Part shown: positions 38,238 to 49,297 of the stretch, piece by piece
Layout of the letters: the number at the start of each line of letters is the position of its first letter
How positions within the stretch are numbered: the stretch's first letter is position 1
NCBI GenBank assembly: GCA_002269645.1
Contig: NIVC01002229.1
Span: 1 to 64,000 of the forward strand
From: Macrostomum lignano
Lineage: Eukaryota
DNA: 64,000 nt
Reading direction: 5' to 3'
Translations under genes and position numbers: made by a program
Notes under the pieces: model-generated
Database searches by the model: none
Seen by the model: the letters and a program-made list of their open reading frames with translations, nothing else
Told to the model about the DNA's origin: nothing

Positions 38238-38530
38238 ACCCAGCCAGCTGCTGCGCATCCGGCGCCTACAGCTGGCCGGCCACGTCATCCGGACAGAGCA
38301 GTACTGCCCTGAGCCGCTTCAAGACGTGCTGCTGCTATCCCTTCAAGGGCCGCGGCGGCTTGGTCAGGCGAGAAGTCTGCGTTTCGTCAACCTGCTTTTA
38401 AGAGACGCTGAAATCTCCGACCCCCGCGGACTCGCTACTCTGCGCAAATCTGCGCTTGCGCGTGCATTTTGACAGCAACCCAACTTAATTGGCTTGTCCA
38501 GGGTTGCTGTAGTTTGTTGTTGTTGTTGTA
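38238..38530 (+). mobile_element. 5'-truncated RTE-clade non-LTR retrotransposon (3' end)
   Basis: Frame 38221-38472 reads ...IRRLQLAGHVIR... (RTE C-terminal RRLxWxGHVxR motif) to TGA. (GTT)n tail at about 38512-38528; TSD-like TACCCCCC(C)G on both sides. Confidence 0.7.
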
Positions 38531-38891
38531 TATACCCCCCCGCATTGCATGTATGCGTGATGACCCCCAAATGCTAAGTTGTTTACGCGCCAGCCCTGCG
38601 ACCGACCCACCCCCATTATTCTGTTGTGATTGGGCTGGACTGCCTGCTCTGCGTTCCTCCAATTACACAAGTTATGATTTGATTCGCTATCGCTACCTAT
38701 CGCTCGCCACGCGATTCGTAGCGACCAATCAACAAGGGCCGGGAAAACATTTGTGGCCCTAATCTCAAACCCAAAGAGGTTTGGGGTGCGGGGTCCCATG
38801 AAATACATGTAAATAATTTTTTTCTATGAGCGGAGAGTGCGCCTATAGCTTTTAAGACTTGTCTGGACAACTCAGTCAACTGCGAGTACAC

Positions 38892-41821
38892 CCCAGTGAA
38901 AAAAATGATATGGATTCCATGTGGATTTTTCATATGAAATCCATATGTGCATTTGTCTCCGTCCATCCATGTGGAATCAAGATATGGATTCCACATGGAA
39001 GATCCATATGGAAGTAATTATGTATTTCACATAGAATCCACATTGTCATTGAATAAGCAGCCATTATACTGGTTGCCATAATAAATTGTTGCATCCTAAA
39101 TCTCAAAATAATACCAGATCTCAAAATTTCATACGAACCCCAGATCTCAATACCATATAAAAGAAACTGAAACACAGATAAAACACTAGCTATAGCCAAA
39201 AATATTTCTGCACAAAAATTCAAAATTCAAAATTCAATATTCAAAAACGATGTAAGGTGTATTTATGTACAGTAGTGAGTCACTGGCACACAAAGAATAA
39301 ACACACTGATGTAAATATTGATATCTTTAGAGTTGCACTGCGCATATGATATAATATATAATTTGAAATTGACATTGTCAATAGCATTAATTAACAATAA
39401 TATAATGCATCAGAATTAGAACAGTCAGAAACATGCTGCTGCCAATTGCCAGAATGCTGCTTCTTCAGGTCAGGTGAGCAACCTTAGAAAAGAAAGGGGT
39501 TAAATTACAGAATTTTATAACAGATTGATGACAGATTTTGTAATAGATTTTGATAGATTTTGATGACAGAAAAAAATCAGTTTATAACTAAAACTTACCA
39601 TTGCTTCACAAAAGGTAGCATTTGAGATATTAAATTCAAATTCCAAGTAGCTTTGCAAGCTTCTTCAAATGCAAGACCAAGGTGACATCCAAGTTTGAGG
39701 ATGGGTCATGTAATGTTAGGCTGAAATGAAATAGAAAAATAATTGTTGCCAATTAAGATTGATAAATAATATTGATATAATTCATAAAACTAATTTAATG
39801 ATGAATACTTATAAAATAAAATAAAGTTTATTTTAAAATTAACTAGGCCTAAGTCCTAGGTTTATTTTTTAAGCGCAAAGTGTGCATATGCACCCTAAAT
39901 TTAAAAATTGCACCTTGAAAATTGAAATTAAAAAGTTGATGATACAGTTTAGGTGTGATCTCATTACCTATTTTTCTGTTGAAGCCTTTTTTGCACTGCC
40001 TTTATATAAGAAAAAAGAGAAACTGCATTCTAAGCCTTAAAATCATAAAACCCTAAAAGTGAGCATAGGGTATGATTTTGCACCTTGTCTCTAGCAAAAA
40101 AGAAAACCCTACCCAAGTCAATCAATAAAATAAAATTAATAAAATTAAAATAATAAGTACAAAAAATTAATATATGTTTCTATAAATTTAATTTTTTATT
40201 TTAAAATTGATTTTAGACTATAAAGTATTTAGGCAAAGCAATGCATGTTTTTTTATATTTGCGGGCCTATTATGATTAAAAGGGGGGCTGTAGCCAAGCG
40301 GTAGCACAGCTGCTCTGGTGTGCCAGCGACCTAGGCTCGATTCCAAGTGCAGTCACATTAATTTGGGGCTGAATTGGAATCTTGGCTTGGCTCTCTGCTT
40401 GTGCAATTAATGGCCTTGAGAGCCAACCCCCAAGGCACAGTGAAGTATACATGCCTAACAATAAATAAAGTTAGGGCCACTGTACACTCCTGTGTAAATG
40501 TGCCTGCATAGGCCTATGTATCCGCACGCTTGTGTGCCTGCTCAAGGGAGTTAGTGGAATGGGCAGCAATGCCTCTCGCCAGTTGTATGCCTATGTTGCT
40601 TAACGTGTGCCAGGGTGCACACAACCCCCTGACTCTAATAAAAAAAATAGTATGATTAAACATTAGGCCTAATCTTAAAAGCTATGCCCTATAGCTATTA
40701 AATTCTAGACTTGGCCTAAATCAGATCAAATTTACAATAATCATTATTTATTTATAATAGCAACCTTAGGGATCTGCTAGGCTAGCTATGCCAAAAACAG
40801 GTTGCAAGTGTAATTGCAAAGAATTATTTATAATGATTAATAATATTGTTTTTAAAAATGCAACAAGTCTAAAAGATGCTAACAGGCTTTTTTTGAAGAA
40901 AATCATAAATGAATAGATTTTTAACAGATTAACTAGATTGACTAGTCACAATTCACAAAGTCAAGCTAGTCTTAACCTTAATTAAAATAGAAGGACCTAA
41001 ATTGATAGTTATAGGCCTAGTAGGCCTAGCTTAAAATAGGCCTAATAAGCATACATAAATAGATAAGACTAATAGGTAGGACTAAGAGGAAATTATGAAC
41101 TTCTAAAGGACTATTTAAGTTTAAAAAATGAGTAGCCAATCTATGGACATGGCCATGGGATTCCTAGAAATTGGATAAGCCTAAATAAATTTATCATGGA
41201 TGGATTTTACCAAAAGTATTAGGCCTATCTATGATGAAATACTGACTTATCTAATTTCTAATCCCATGGAGGCCATGGCCTTATAAGTTATTGCCTATAG
41301 GCTACGTCTACTAAAATTTTTAAGGTGCTTAAATAGCCATAAACAAGGCAATTTATCTTTCAAGGCCTTGAACCAAGACATTGACGAATATAAAATAAAA
41401 TAAATTTAATTTTAAAAAGCACGAAATGTTTTTTATTGTTGACTTTTATTTTGTCTATTTTAACAAACAGTATCTTATTTTCTGATTATAATTTAGCTTT
41501 AAGATATTAATTTTTACTTAAAAGCATATAAATATAATAATTAATTATAGTAATTTCATAAAAACGTCTGAATGTGGTGTATCACAGTTTTTTTATCGAA
41601 GTGGATTCCATGTTGAATCAATATACGCTTATTTCTCATGAATTCCTTGTAAAATCCACATCAACATTAGGACAGTAAAAATTAAAAAATAGTGCATAAA
41701 AAATACTTTGCATACCATTATGTCATCTTTAAGTCATTAATTTGCAAAAATTAAAGAAACATTTAAATTCCACATGGCCACGTGGAACCCACGTGGAATC
41801 CATGAATCATTTTTCACTGGG
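38892..41821. mobile_element. Non-autonomous CMC/EnSpm-like DNA transposon (about 2.9 kb)
   Basis: TIR CCCAGTGAAAAA..TGAT..ATGGATTCCA.GTGG at both ends; 2-bp TSD AC; subterminal GTGGATTCCA/TGGAATCCAC repeats. Confidence 0.7.
40281..40647 (+). mobile_element. Full-length tRNA-derived SINE
   Basis: A box TAGCCAAGCGG (40291-40301), B box GGCTCGATTCC (40334-40344), A-rich tail, TSD TATTATGATTAAA/TAGTATGATTAAA. Second copy at 48921-49178. Confidence 0.85.
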
Positions 41822-43369
41822 ACGCACTGCAAAAGCTCTGGCCGCCCGCTCTGCCTCGATTCATGTCTGTGGTTTGTAATCACCGTTCTCTGAAGAAAGA
41901 AAACAGTTGAGTGTTCGACCTTACGCTCACTTACTGAAGTCATGCAGTCCGGCCAGCGGACTGAAGCGATATCATATCTCGATCAGGCTCGTCCGCTGCT
42001 GAAGAGAGTCTCTGCATGCTATAGCAAGTTTGATCAGCAGGCCGAGTCACAACCAGTACACATGTTATAAAAAGATTGTACCTGTGACTCGCAAAAGTAA
42101 AATAAAGAGAATCTACAACTTTTTAAGACCATTTTTATCAATCAAGCACCAAGGACGAACTCAAGCACACACTGCAGATGGCATGCAGGTTCTTTCAGCA
42201 AAAAATTAGTGGAATGAACGGGCGGCCGGGCTGGCCGGACCTGGTTGTAAAAACGGAAATCCTTCCAAATAGAAATAGTTCATGCTTTTGCTTTGATCTG
42301 AATACACCATAGGCGTAGGAACAAAGGGGGGGGCGTGGGGCGATATGCCCCCTCTCACTTTTGAAACTGCGCCAATGGATAATACATATGAATAATATAA
42401 ATACAAGTTTTAACTTGACTGGAAGTTGTGCATTTTTTATGCGTTAGCTCCGAAACCGAAAGCAATAATCCTCGAAAAACATTCTGGGCGAGCTTTAAAT
42501 CTTACGGATTTAAAGTTGCATAGCCGTTTTTTACTTCTAATAAAATCGGCTTTTTTAAAAAGCGTGGCTGCGAAAAACTAAATCGTTTTATAGTTAATTG
42601 TTCCTCCCAACATGAATTTGAGTTACAATAATTTTGTGTAAAACACTGGTAGGAATTAGCATCTAAATGCATAGACCATCAAATTGTTTTGACATACCCA
42701 GACACAGTTTGCCAATAATGACAACTGATTGATGTTTGTTAGCCTAGTAGTAGGTCTAGTGATTTTAACTATTAAAATTTGATTTTAACTAGGCAAATAA
42801 AAAGCAAAAAAATAACCACTTGTCTTAATGTATTTAAATCTTCTATATAATATATATACCTAAATTTTATACAATGTTGTAATTAAATATTGAATAGGGT
42901 TGGACTTGGAGTAAAAAATATACTAGAGTATAATTTAAAATTCTATGCATTGCAGTAGACTAGAATAATCGGCATAGTTCTAGTTCACTGCGTTAAATTA
43001 TTTCGCTCTCTATTCAAGGGTAGGGGTTTGGAATATAACAATGTAAACTAGAACTATGCCGAATAATCTTATTTATAATAAATATAGTACTAGGCCTATG
43101 GTTTATTTAATAAATGATATAGATTATATCAATAAATTTTTTTTGAATTTTGGTAGGCCTAAAATATACTTTTGAGTTTTTAATTTGAAAATCAAAGATT
43201 TTTAATTTAATTAGTTACCAAGTCAGTTCATAGCCAATAGCTTAGGTTATTATGAATGGAGTACTTATAGGCATGGCGACTGTGTCTATAATATTTGAGC
43301 TTATGGGCATGGCAATAATCATTGATTTAAAATGCCTGTTCTATAGGGCTTTCTCTCAAGCAATTGGTG

Positions 43370-43430
43370 GCTCAGTGAATATGTCAATTGCCTTGTGATT
43401 TTGAGTAGCAGGGGTTTGAATCCCCAAGGC
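43370..43430 (+). pseudogene. Decayed tRNA-like head (tRNA pseudogene or SINE 5' end)
   Basis: GGTGGCTCAGTG...GGGGTTTGAATCCCC with A/B-box spacing. Confidence 0.35.
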
Positions 43431-43748
43431 TTGGAGATTTTTTAATTTGAAATTTTTTAGGAAATAGAATTTTTTTGCCTTGAATTTTTTCAAGTTTTTA
43501 AATAAAGTAAAAAACTAAATTAAAATAAATTAAATTAATTTTTTTAATAAAAGTAACACTTAATCTTAAAGTGTGGCTGATATGTATCAAAAGAATATTT
43601 CTTTTTCATATATAATTGCGGCCGCACTTTTTTAAGATTTCGTGATACTCTTAAAAATTTAATTTAATTTTTAAAAACTTTCAAGTTAAAAAACTCCCCG
43701 ACAACTTTTCTCTTTTTTCATCTGATCAATGATTGTATACATGGCATC

Positions 43749-44022
43749 CCCTATTGCAGCGCATGGCTTAAGTACGCCAGACGCCTACACAACCTGCGCC
43801 ACGCTGTGAAATGACTTACCTGTGAAAGAAACCCTAAAGCAAAATTAACGCAGTTTTGGGTAAACGGCAGGAGTAACTATGACTGTCTTATCAAGCCTAA
43901 ATGCCTCGGCATCTAATTAGTACCGCGCCATACTAATCGCCGCACGCCGTACGCGCCGCGCCGCGCCGTATTAGATCTGCGCTGGACGCCGTCCACCAAA
44001 ATGCCCATGCGCTGCAATCAGG
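43749..44022. mobile_element. MITE of a second TIR family carrying the same 28S-derived segment (copy 2)
   Basis: TIR CCCTATTGCAGCGCATGG / CCATGCGCTGCAATCAGG (16/18); 8-bp TSD ATGGCATC; 43858-43921 matches 28S at 54/64. Confidence 0.8.
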
Positions 44023-44059
44023 ATGGCATCTATGCCTTTAAGCTCCAATATTAAAGACA

Positions 44060-44365
44060 TGGCCACCCACCGTGTCTCTTAAGTGTAAACCCAGTCAATA
44101 TAACAACATGGCCACCCACCATGCCTCTAAGTATGAACCCAGTGAATATTAATAACATGGCTGCCATGCAAGTTTTATTGACATGGCAACCATGTCTCTA
44201 ATAGTGACTAGGTCTATACTTATAGACACAGTAGCCATGTCTATAATGCAGAAACTTAGAGACATGGTGGCCGTGTCTATAAGTATAGACCTAGTCACTA
44301 TTAGAGACATGGCCACCGTGTCTATAAGTTTTTGCATTATAGACATGGTCACTGTGTCTCTAAGT
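44060..44365. repeat. Direct and inverted GACATGGCCACCGTGTCT repeat cluster with a long hairpin
   Basis: 44190-44229 is the exact reverse complement of 44273-44312. Confidence 0.8.
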
Positions 44366-45015
44366 ATGGCATATTATGAACAATTATATCATATGAACAG
44401 TTATGACATAATAAGCCCTATTGTCAAGAAGGTGTCCACCATAGTCAAGGTGGTGGTAGATTTCACGCAAAATTGCGGCATACACAGAGGGTTTTTTTGG
44501 CACACACAGCATAAATGGCGCAGAAGAAAATTTATTGTGATTTGTGCACTGTATGTGCACATACAATGCACAAAGCATCTTACCTAGCACAGTCTATACT
44601 GTATTAACTTCTTAGTTCACATGTAAAAGATGAAACACAATGACAAACTTGCTTTTTAAAATTTAAAATGGCATGAAAAGGTTTTTTAAATTATAGTTAA
44701 CATTACATGTATACCTGAAGAAAAATTACAACAATCATTGTTTGTATATTATGTTTGCAATTTATAATATATGTACATTATAACAAAAAAGTGTTTTGTC
44801 TGATACTCCTTTAAAACAATTACATGAAATTCTGGTACTTAAATTCTTTAAAAATTCTTTTAAATCATATAGAATTTTTTTTACTCTCATATCACTTCTT
44901 AACCGCTACCCTTTTTATCAAAATATGCTGCCTTTTGTTACAAAACCTAAAGGTACTTATACCAATTTTCAAGTATCATTGTATAGCACCCTTTTATTCA
45001 GATACAACTTTTTAA

Positions 45016-47138
45016 GGGGTGCACGACAATTGACTGCCACAATTTGACTGCCACAATTTGACTGTGGACAATTTGACTGTGGACAATTTGACTGCCGAGC
45101 AATTTGACTGCCAACAAAATGACTGTGAACAAAATGACTGCGGACAAAATGACTGCCGACAATTTGACTGCCGACAAAATGACTGCGGACAAAATGACTG
45201 CCGACAATTTGACTGCCGACAAAATGACTGCCGACAAAATGACTGCCAACAAAATGACTGCCAACAAAATGACTGCCGACAAAATGACTGCGGAAATTTG
45301 ACTGCCGACAAAATGACTGCCAACAAAATGACTGCCGACAATTTGACTGCCGACAAAATGACTGCCAACAAAATGACTGCCAACAAAATGACTGCCGACA
45401 AAATGACTGCGGAAATTTGACTGCCGATAATATGACTGCGGCAATTTGACTGCCGACAATATGACTGCGGCAATTTGACTGCCGACAATATGACTGCAGC
45501 AATTTGACTGCCGACAATATGACTGCGGCAATTTGACTGCCGAAAATATGACTGCGGCAATTTGACTGCCAGCAAAATGACTGTGGCAATTTGACTGCTG
45601 AGCAATTTGACTGCCAGCGAAATGACTGCCAGAAAAATGATGCTCCTAAAGTTTAGCACTCTGTCAACCCTTTTAAGTCTATGCATGTAGTTAAATATTG
45701 TATTTACAAGCTAGAATGATGCAGAACAGAACACATAACTTTTATACAACAAGCTGTAACAGCTGTTGAAACCCGCGGATTTTGAACAGTGGGAAATGGG
45801 AATTCCAATCTTAGGAACTATTTTGCATATATTCTAAAATCTGAAGTTAAACTCAAGCAAAAACTTTTATTATTAGAGTTAAACATAACATAGATTACAT
45901 TCTTGTAAAATTAGGATTGGAGGCAAACTATTGATATTGTTGGCTGGGGTGCGGCGCAGAATGTCAGAAAAACTCTGGCCTCTACTTCTGCCTCTCGATC
46001 CCTATGTTCCTTGCATCCTTTGAACCTTCTATCTTCTCTTCTGTTTTCTCACTTCTCTCTCGTCTCTTCTCTCTCGTCTCTGCTCTCTCATCTCCCCTCT
46101 CTCATCTGTCATCTTTACTCTCTTATGCTGGTATGTTCTCTCACCTCTCTGCTCTGTACTCTTCTCTTTCCCCTCTTTTGACTCCTCTCTTTCCTTAGTC
46201 CTCTTCTTTTCCCTCTTCTATACTCTCTCCACTTTATTCACTTCTCTCGTCTCTCTGCACTCTGCTCTCTCCGCCTTCATCTCTCATCTCTCTCTCCTCT
46301 TTTGCATAACGAGAATGCGCCTAGCAAGTTTTTCAAATTCATTCGTCAATATAAAGCTGTGCACAACTAGGCTAGGCTTTTGGTTTTGGTGTTTGGGGTT
46401 GCCAACTTTGGGGTTTGGAGTCAAATAATAAAAGAGAGGGTGATCAGTGGAGCCCACAAGTTTAGGTGGCGAGCAAACTCATAAAACTCCATTGAGAGAG
46501 GGTGGCCTCTTGTTTTCTATATTGTCGGCAGTCAATTGCCGCAGTCATTTTGCTGGCAGTCAAATTGCCGCAGTCATATTGTCGGCAGTCAAATTGCCGC
46601 AGTCATATTGTCGGCAGTCAAATTGCCGCAGTCATTTTGTTGGCAGTCAAATTTTCGCAGTCATATTGTCGGCAGTCAAATTGCCGCAGTCATATTGTCG
46701 GCAGTCAAATTGCCGCAGTCATTTTGTCGGCAGTCAAATTTTCGCAGTCATTTTGTCGGCAGTCAAATTGTCGGCAGTCAAATTTTCGCAGTCATTTTGT
46801 CGGCAGTCATTTTGTTGGCAGTCATTTTGTTGGCAGTCATTTTGTCGGCAGTCATTTTGTTGGCAGTCATTTTGTCGGCAGTCAAATTGTCGGCAGTCAT
46901 TTTGTCGGCAGTCGAATTGTCGGCAGTCATTTTGTCCGCAGTCATTTTGTCCGCAGTCATTTTGTTCGCAGTCATTTTGTCGGCAGTCAAATTGTCGGCA
47001 GTCATTTTGTCGGCAGTCGAATTGTCGGCAGTCATTTTGTCCGCAGTCATTTTGTTCGCAGTCATTTTGTCGGCAGTCAAATTGTCCGCAGTCAAATTGA
47101 CCGCAGTCAAATTGTGGCAGTCAATTGTCGTAGACCCC
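45016..47138. mobile_element. Foldback element with about 620-bp arms made of 12-13-bp tandem units
   Basis: Termini GGGGTGCACGACAATTGACTGCCACAATTTGACTG vs GGGGTCTACG... (33/35). Left arm (TGACTGCCGACAA)n, right arm its reverse complement. TTTTTAA direct repeat at both flanks. Confidence 0.88.
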
Positions 47139-47336
47139 TTTTTAAGATTCAAGCATGCTAAATATACATGCCAATGAACTATACTGGGTGTCCTGATAGA
47201 TAGTTCACACCTTCATAGTTCACATCTTGCATTGTTGCAAGCTTCTTATTGTTTATCTCCACACATTTGTAATTGTGGATTTGCAAGTTGCTCCAGCACC
47301 GATCCATGCCGTATTCCTGAGCGTCCTCGCCGAGCC

Positions 47337-48662
47337 ATGGACAGCGACGATGACGACTTCAGCGACATGGACGAGCTGGACTTCGACTCGTCCCCGGAGG
47401 ACACCAACGTGGAGCTGGAGAACCAGTACTACAACTCCAAGACTCTGAAGGACGAGAATCCTGAGCTGGCGCTCAAGGAGTACCAGAAGGTGCTCGACCT
47501 GGAGGGCGCAGAGAAGGGCGACTGGGGCTTCAAGGCGCTCAAGCAGATGATGAAGATCAACTTCCGGCTCGGCCGGTTCGACGAGATGATGAGGCTGTAC
47601 AAGGAGCTGCTGACGTACATCAAAAAGGCTGTGACCCGCAACTACTCTGAGAAGTCCATTAACTCCATCCTGGACTATGTGAGCACCTCCAAGCAGAACG
47701 ACCTGCTGCTCAACTTCTACCACACCACGCTGAACGCGCTCAAGGAGGCGAAGAACGACCGGCTGTGGTTCAAGGCCAACCTCAAGCTCGGCAAGCTGTA
47801 CCTGGACAATGCGGAGTGGCCGCTGCTGCAGCGGATCATTAAGGAGCTGCGCGCCTCATGCGAAACCGAGGACGGCGAGCTGGACAGCAAGAAGGGCACC
47901 AACCTGCTGGAGATCTTCGCCCTGGAGATCCAGATGTACACCTTGCAGAAGAACAACAAGAAGCTGAAGGACCTGTACAACCAGTCGCTGAACATCAAGT
48001 CGGCCATCCCGCACCCGCTCATCATGGGCATCATTCGCGAGTGCGGCGGCAAGATGCAACTGCGCGAGGCCGAGTTCGAGCAGGCGCACACCGACTTCTT
48101 CGAGGCGTTCAAAAACTACGACGAGTCCGGCAGCCCGCGCCGCATCCAGTGCCTGAAGTACCTGGTGCTCGCCAGCATGCTGCGCCAGGTGGGCATCAAC
48201 CCGCTGGACAGTCAGGAGGCCAAGCCCTACCGCAACGACCCCGAGGTCACCGCCATGACCAGCCTGGTGGCCGCCTACCATGCCAACGACATCCACAGCT
48301 TTGAGCAGCTGCTCCGGCAGCACCGGGCGGCCATCATGGAGGACCCCTTCATCCGGGAGCACATCGAGGAGCTGCTGCGCAACGTCCGCACGCAGGTGCT
48401 GTGCCGCCTCATTCAGCCCTACACTCGCATCCGCATCCCCTTCATCTCGGCGCAGCTCAACATCGACCAGGCCGAGGTCGAGGCCCTCATCGTGTCCTGC
48501 ATCCTGGACAACCTCATCGTTGGCAAGATCGACCAGCAGGCTCAGGTGCTGGTGATCGAGCGGGCCGCTGTGCAGCAGCAATACCAGACCATGGACAAGC
48601 TGGCCAACCAGGTCACCGGCCTCCACAAGGCCGTCATTGCCCGCCTGCCGCTCAAGCACTGA
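47337..48662 (+). CDS. COPS2: COP9 signalosome subunit 2 (441 aa, intronless CDS)
   Basis: [96 protein letters not shown]. Confidence 0.97.
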   Translation: MDSDDDDFSDMDELDFDSSPEDTNVELENQYYNSKTLKDENPELALKEYQKVLDLEGAEKGDWGFKALKQMMKINFRLGRFDEMMRLYKELLTYIKKAVTRNYSEKSINSILDYVSTSKQNDLLLNFYHTTLNALKEAKNDRLWFKANLKLGKLYLDNAEWPLLQRIIKELRASCETEDGELDSKKGTNLLEIFALEIQMYTLQKNNKKLKDLYNQSLNIKSAIPHPLIMGIIRECGGKMQLREAEFEQAHTDFFEAFKNYDESGSPRRIQCLKYLVLASMLRQVGINPLDSQEAKPYRNDPEVTAMTSLVAAYHANDIHSFEQLLRQHRAAIMEDPFIREHIEELLRNVRTQVLCRLIQPYTRIRIPFISAQLNIDQAEVEALIVSCILDNLIVGKIDQQAQVLVIERAAVQQQYQTMDKLANQVTGLHKAVIARLPLKH

Positions 48663-48920
48663 CCCGCCTTCCCCGCTGCCCCTACACTGCGATCCGAATC
48701 TTGCGCTACTTATTGAAAGTCCCGCCTTTTACTAATTGGATAAATACGCAAATGCTCTCCCTACATGGCTTTTGTCTTCGCTCAATCAATCGGATTTTTT
48801 CATTTCAACTTTACTTTGCTTAGGCGGAAATAGATGCCTAAGTATTTGTCATAGGCTAGTCTAATTTATTTAGTCTGCTATTGGTACATAATGGTCGCCT
48901 GGCGCGACGCTTTGATGTGC

Positions 48921-49178
48921 CGATTCCAAGTGCAGTCACATTAATTTGAACATCGAACTGCTAGTGCGATTGACGCCCTTGAACGCCAACCTCCAAGGCA
49001 CAGGGAAGTGTATAATACATGCCCATAAACGATAAAGAAAGTTAGTCACCGCTGTACACTTCTGTGTGAGTGTGTTTGTGCACTTTTGTCTGCTCATGGG
49101 CAGTAATGCCTCTCGCCGGTTGTGTGACTGTCGCTTAAAGTGCGCCAGGGTGCACAGCCCCCCTCCTGTAGTAAAAAA
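48921..49178 (+). mobile_element. Second, 5'-truncated or diverged copy of the tRNA-SINE
   Basis: Shares CGATTCCAAGTGCAGTCACATTAATTTG, CCAAGGCACAG and AATGCCTCTCGCC...CCAGGGTGCACA plus an A tail with 40281-40647. Confidence 0.8.
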
Positions 49179-49297
49179 TTGGCACATACGCTCGTAATCG
49201 TTGGAGCTTAATTAAGATTAGAGATTAGTCTGTCTATTCTCACTGCTTGACCAGCTGCCCGCTACTCGCATCCAATGTTGCAGAGCTCTGCGCAGAG

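Noticed and set aside
42308-42365. hAT-like left end CATAGGCGTAGGA...GGGGGGGC
   Set aside because: No convincing right TIR or TSD; only a weak candidate near 44030-44040.
44969-47177. Multiple 120-224-aa ORFs in the foldback arms
   Set aside because: Products of 12-13-bp tandem units, open in several frames at once.
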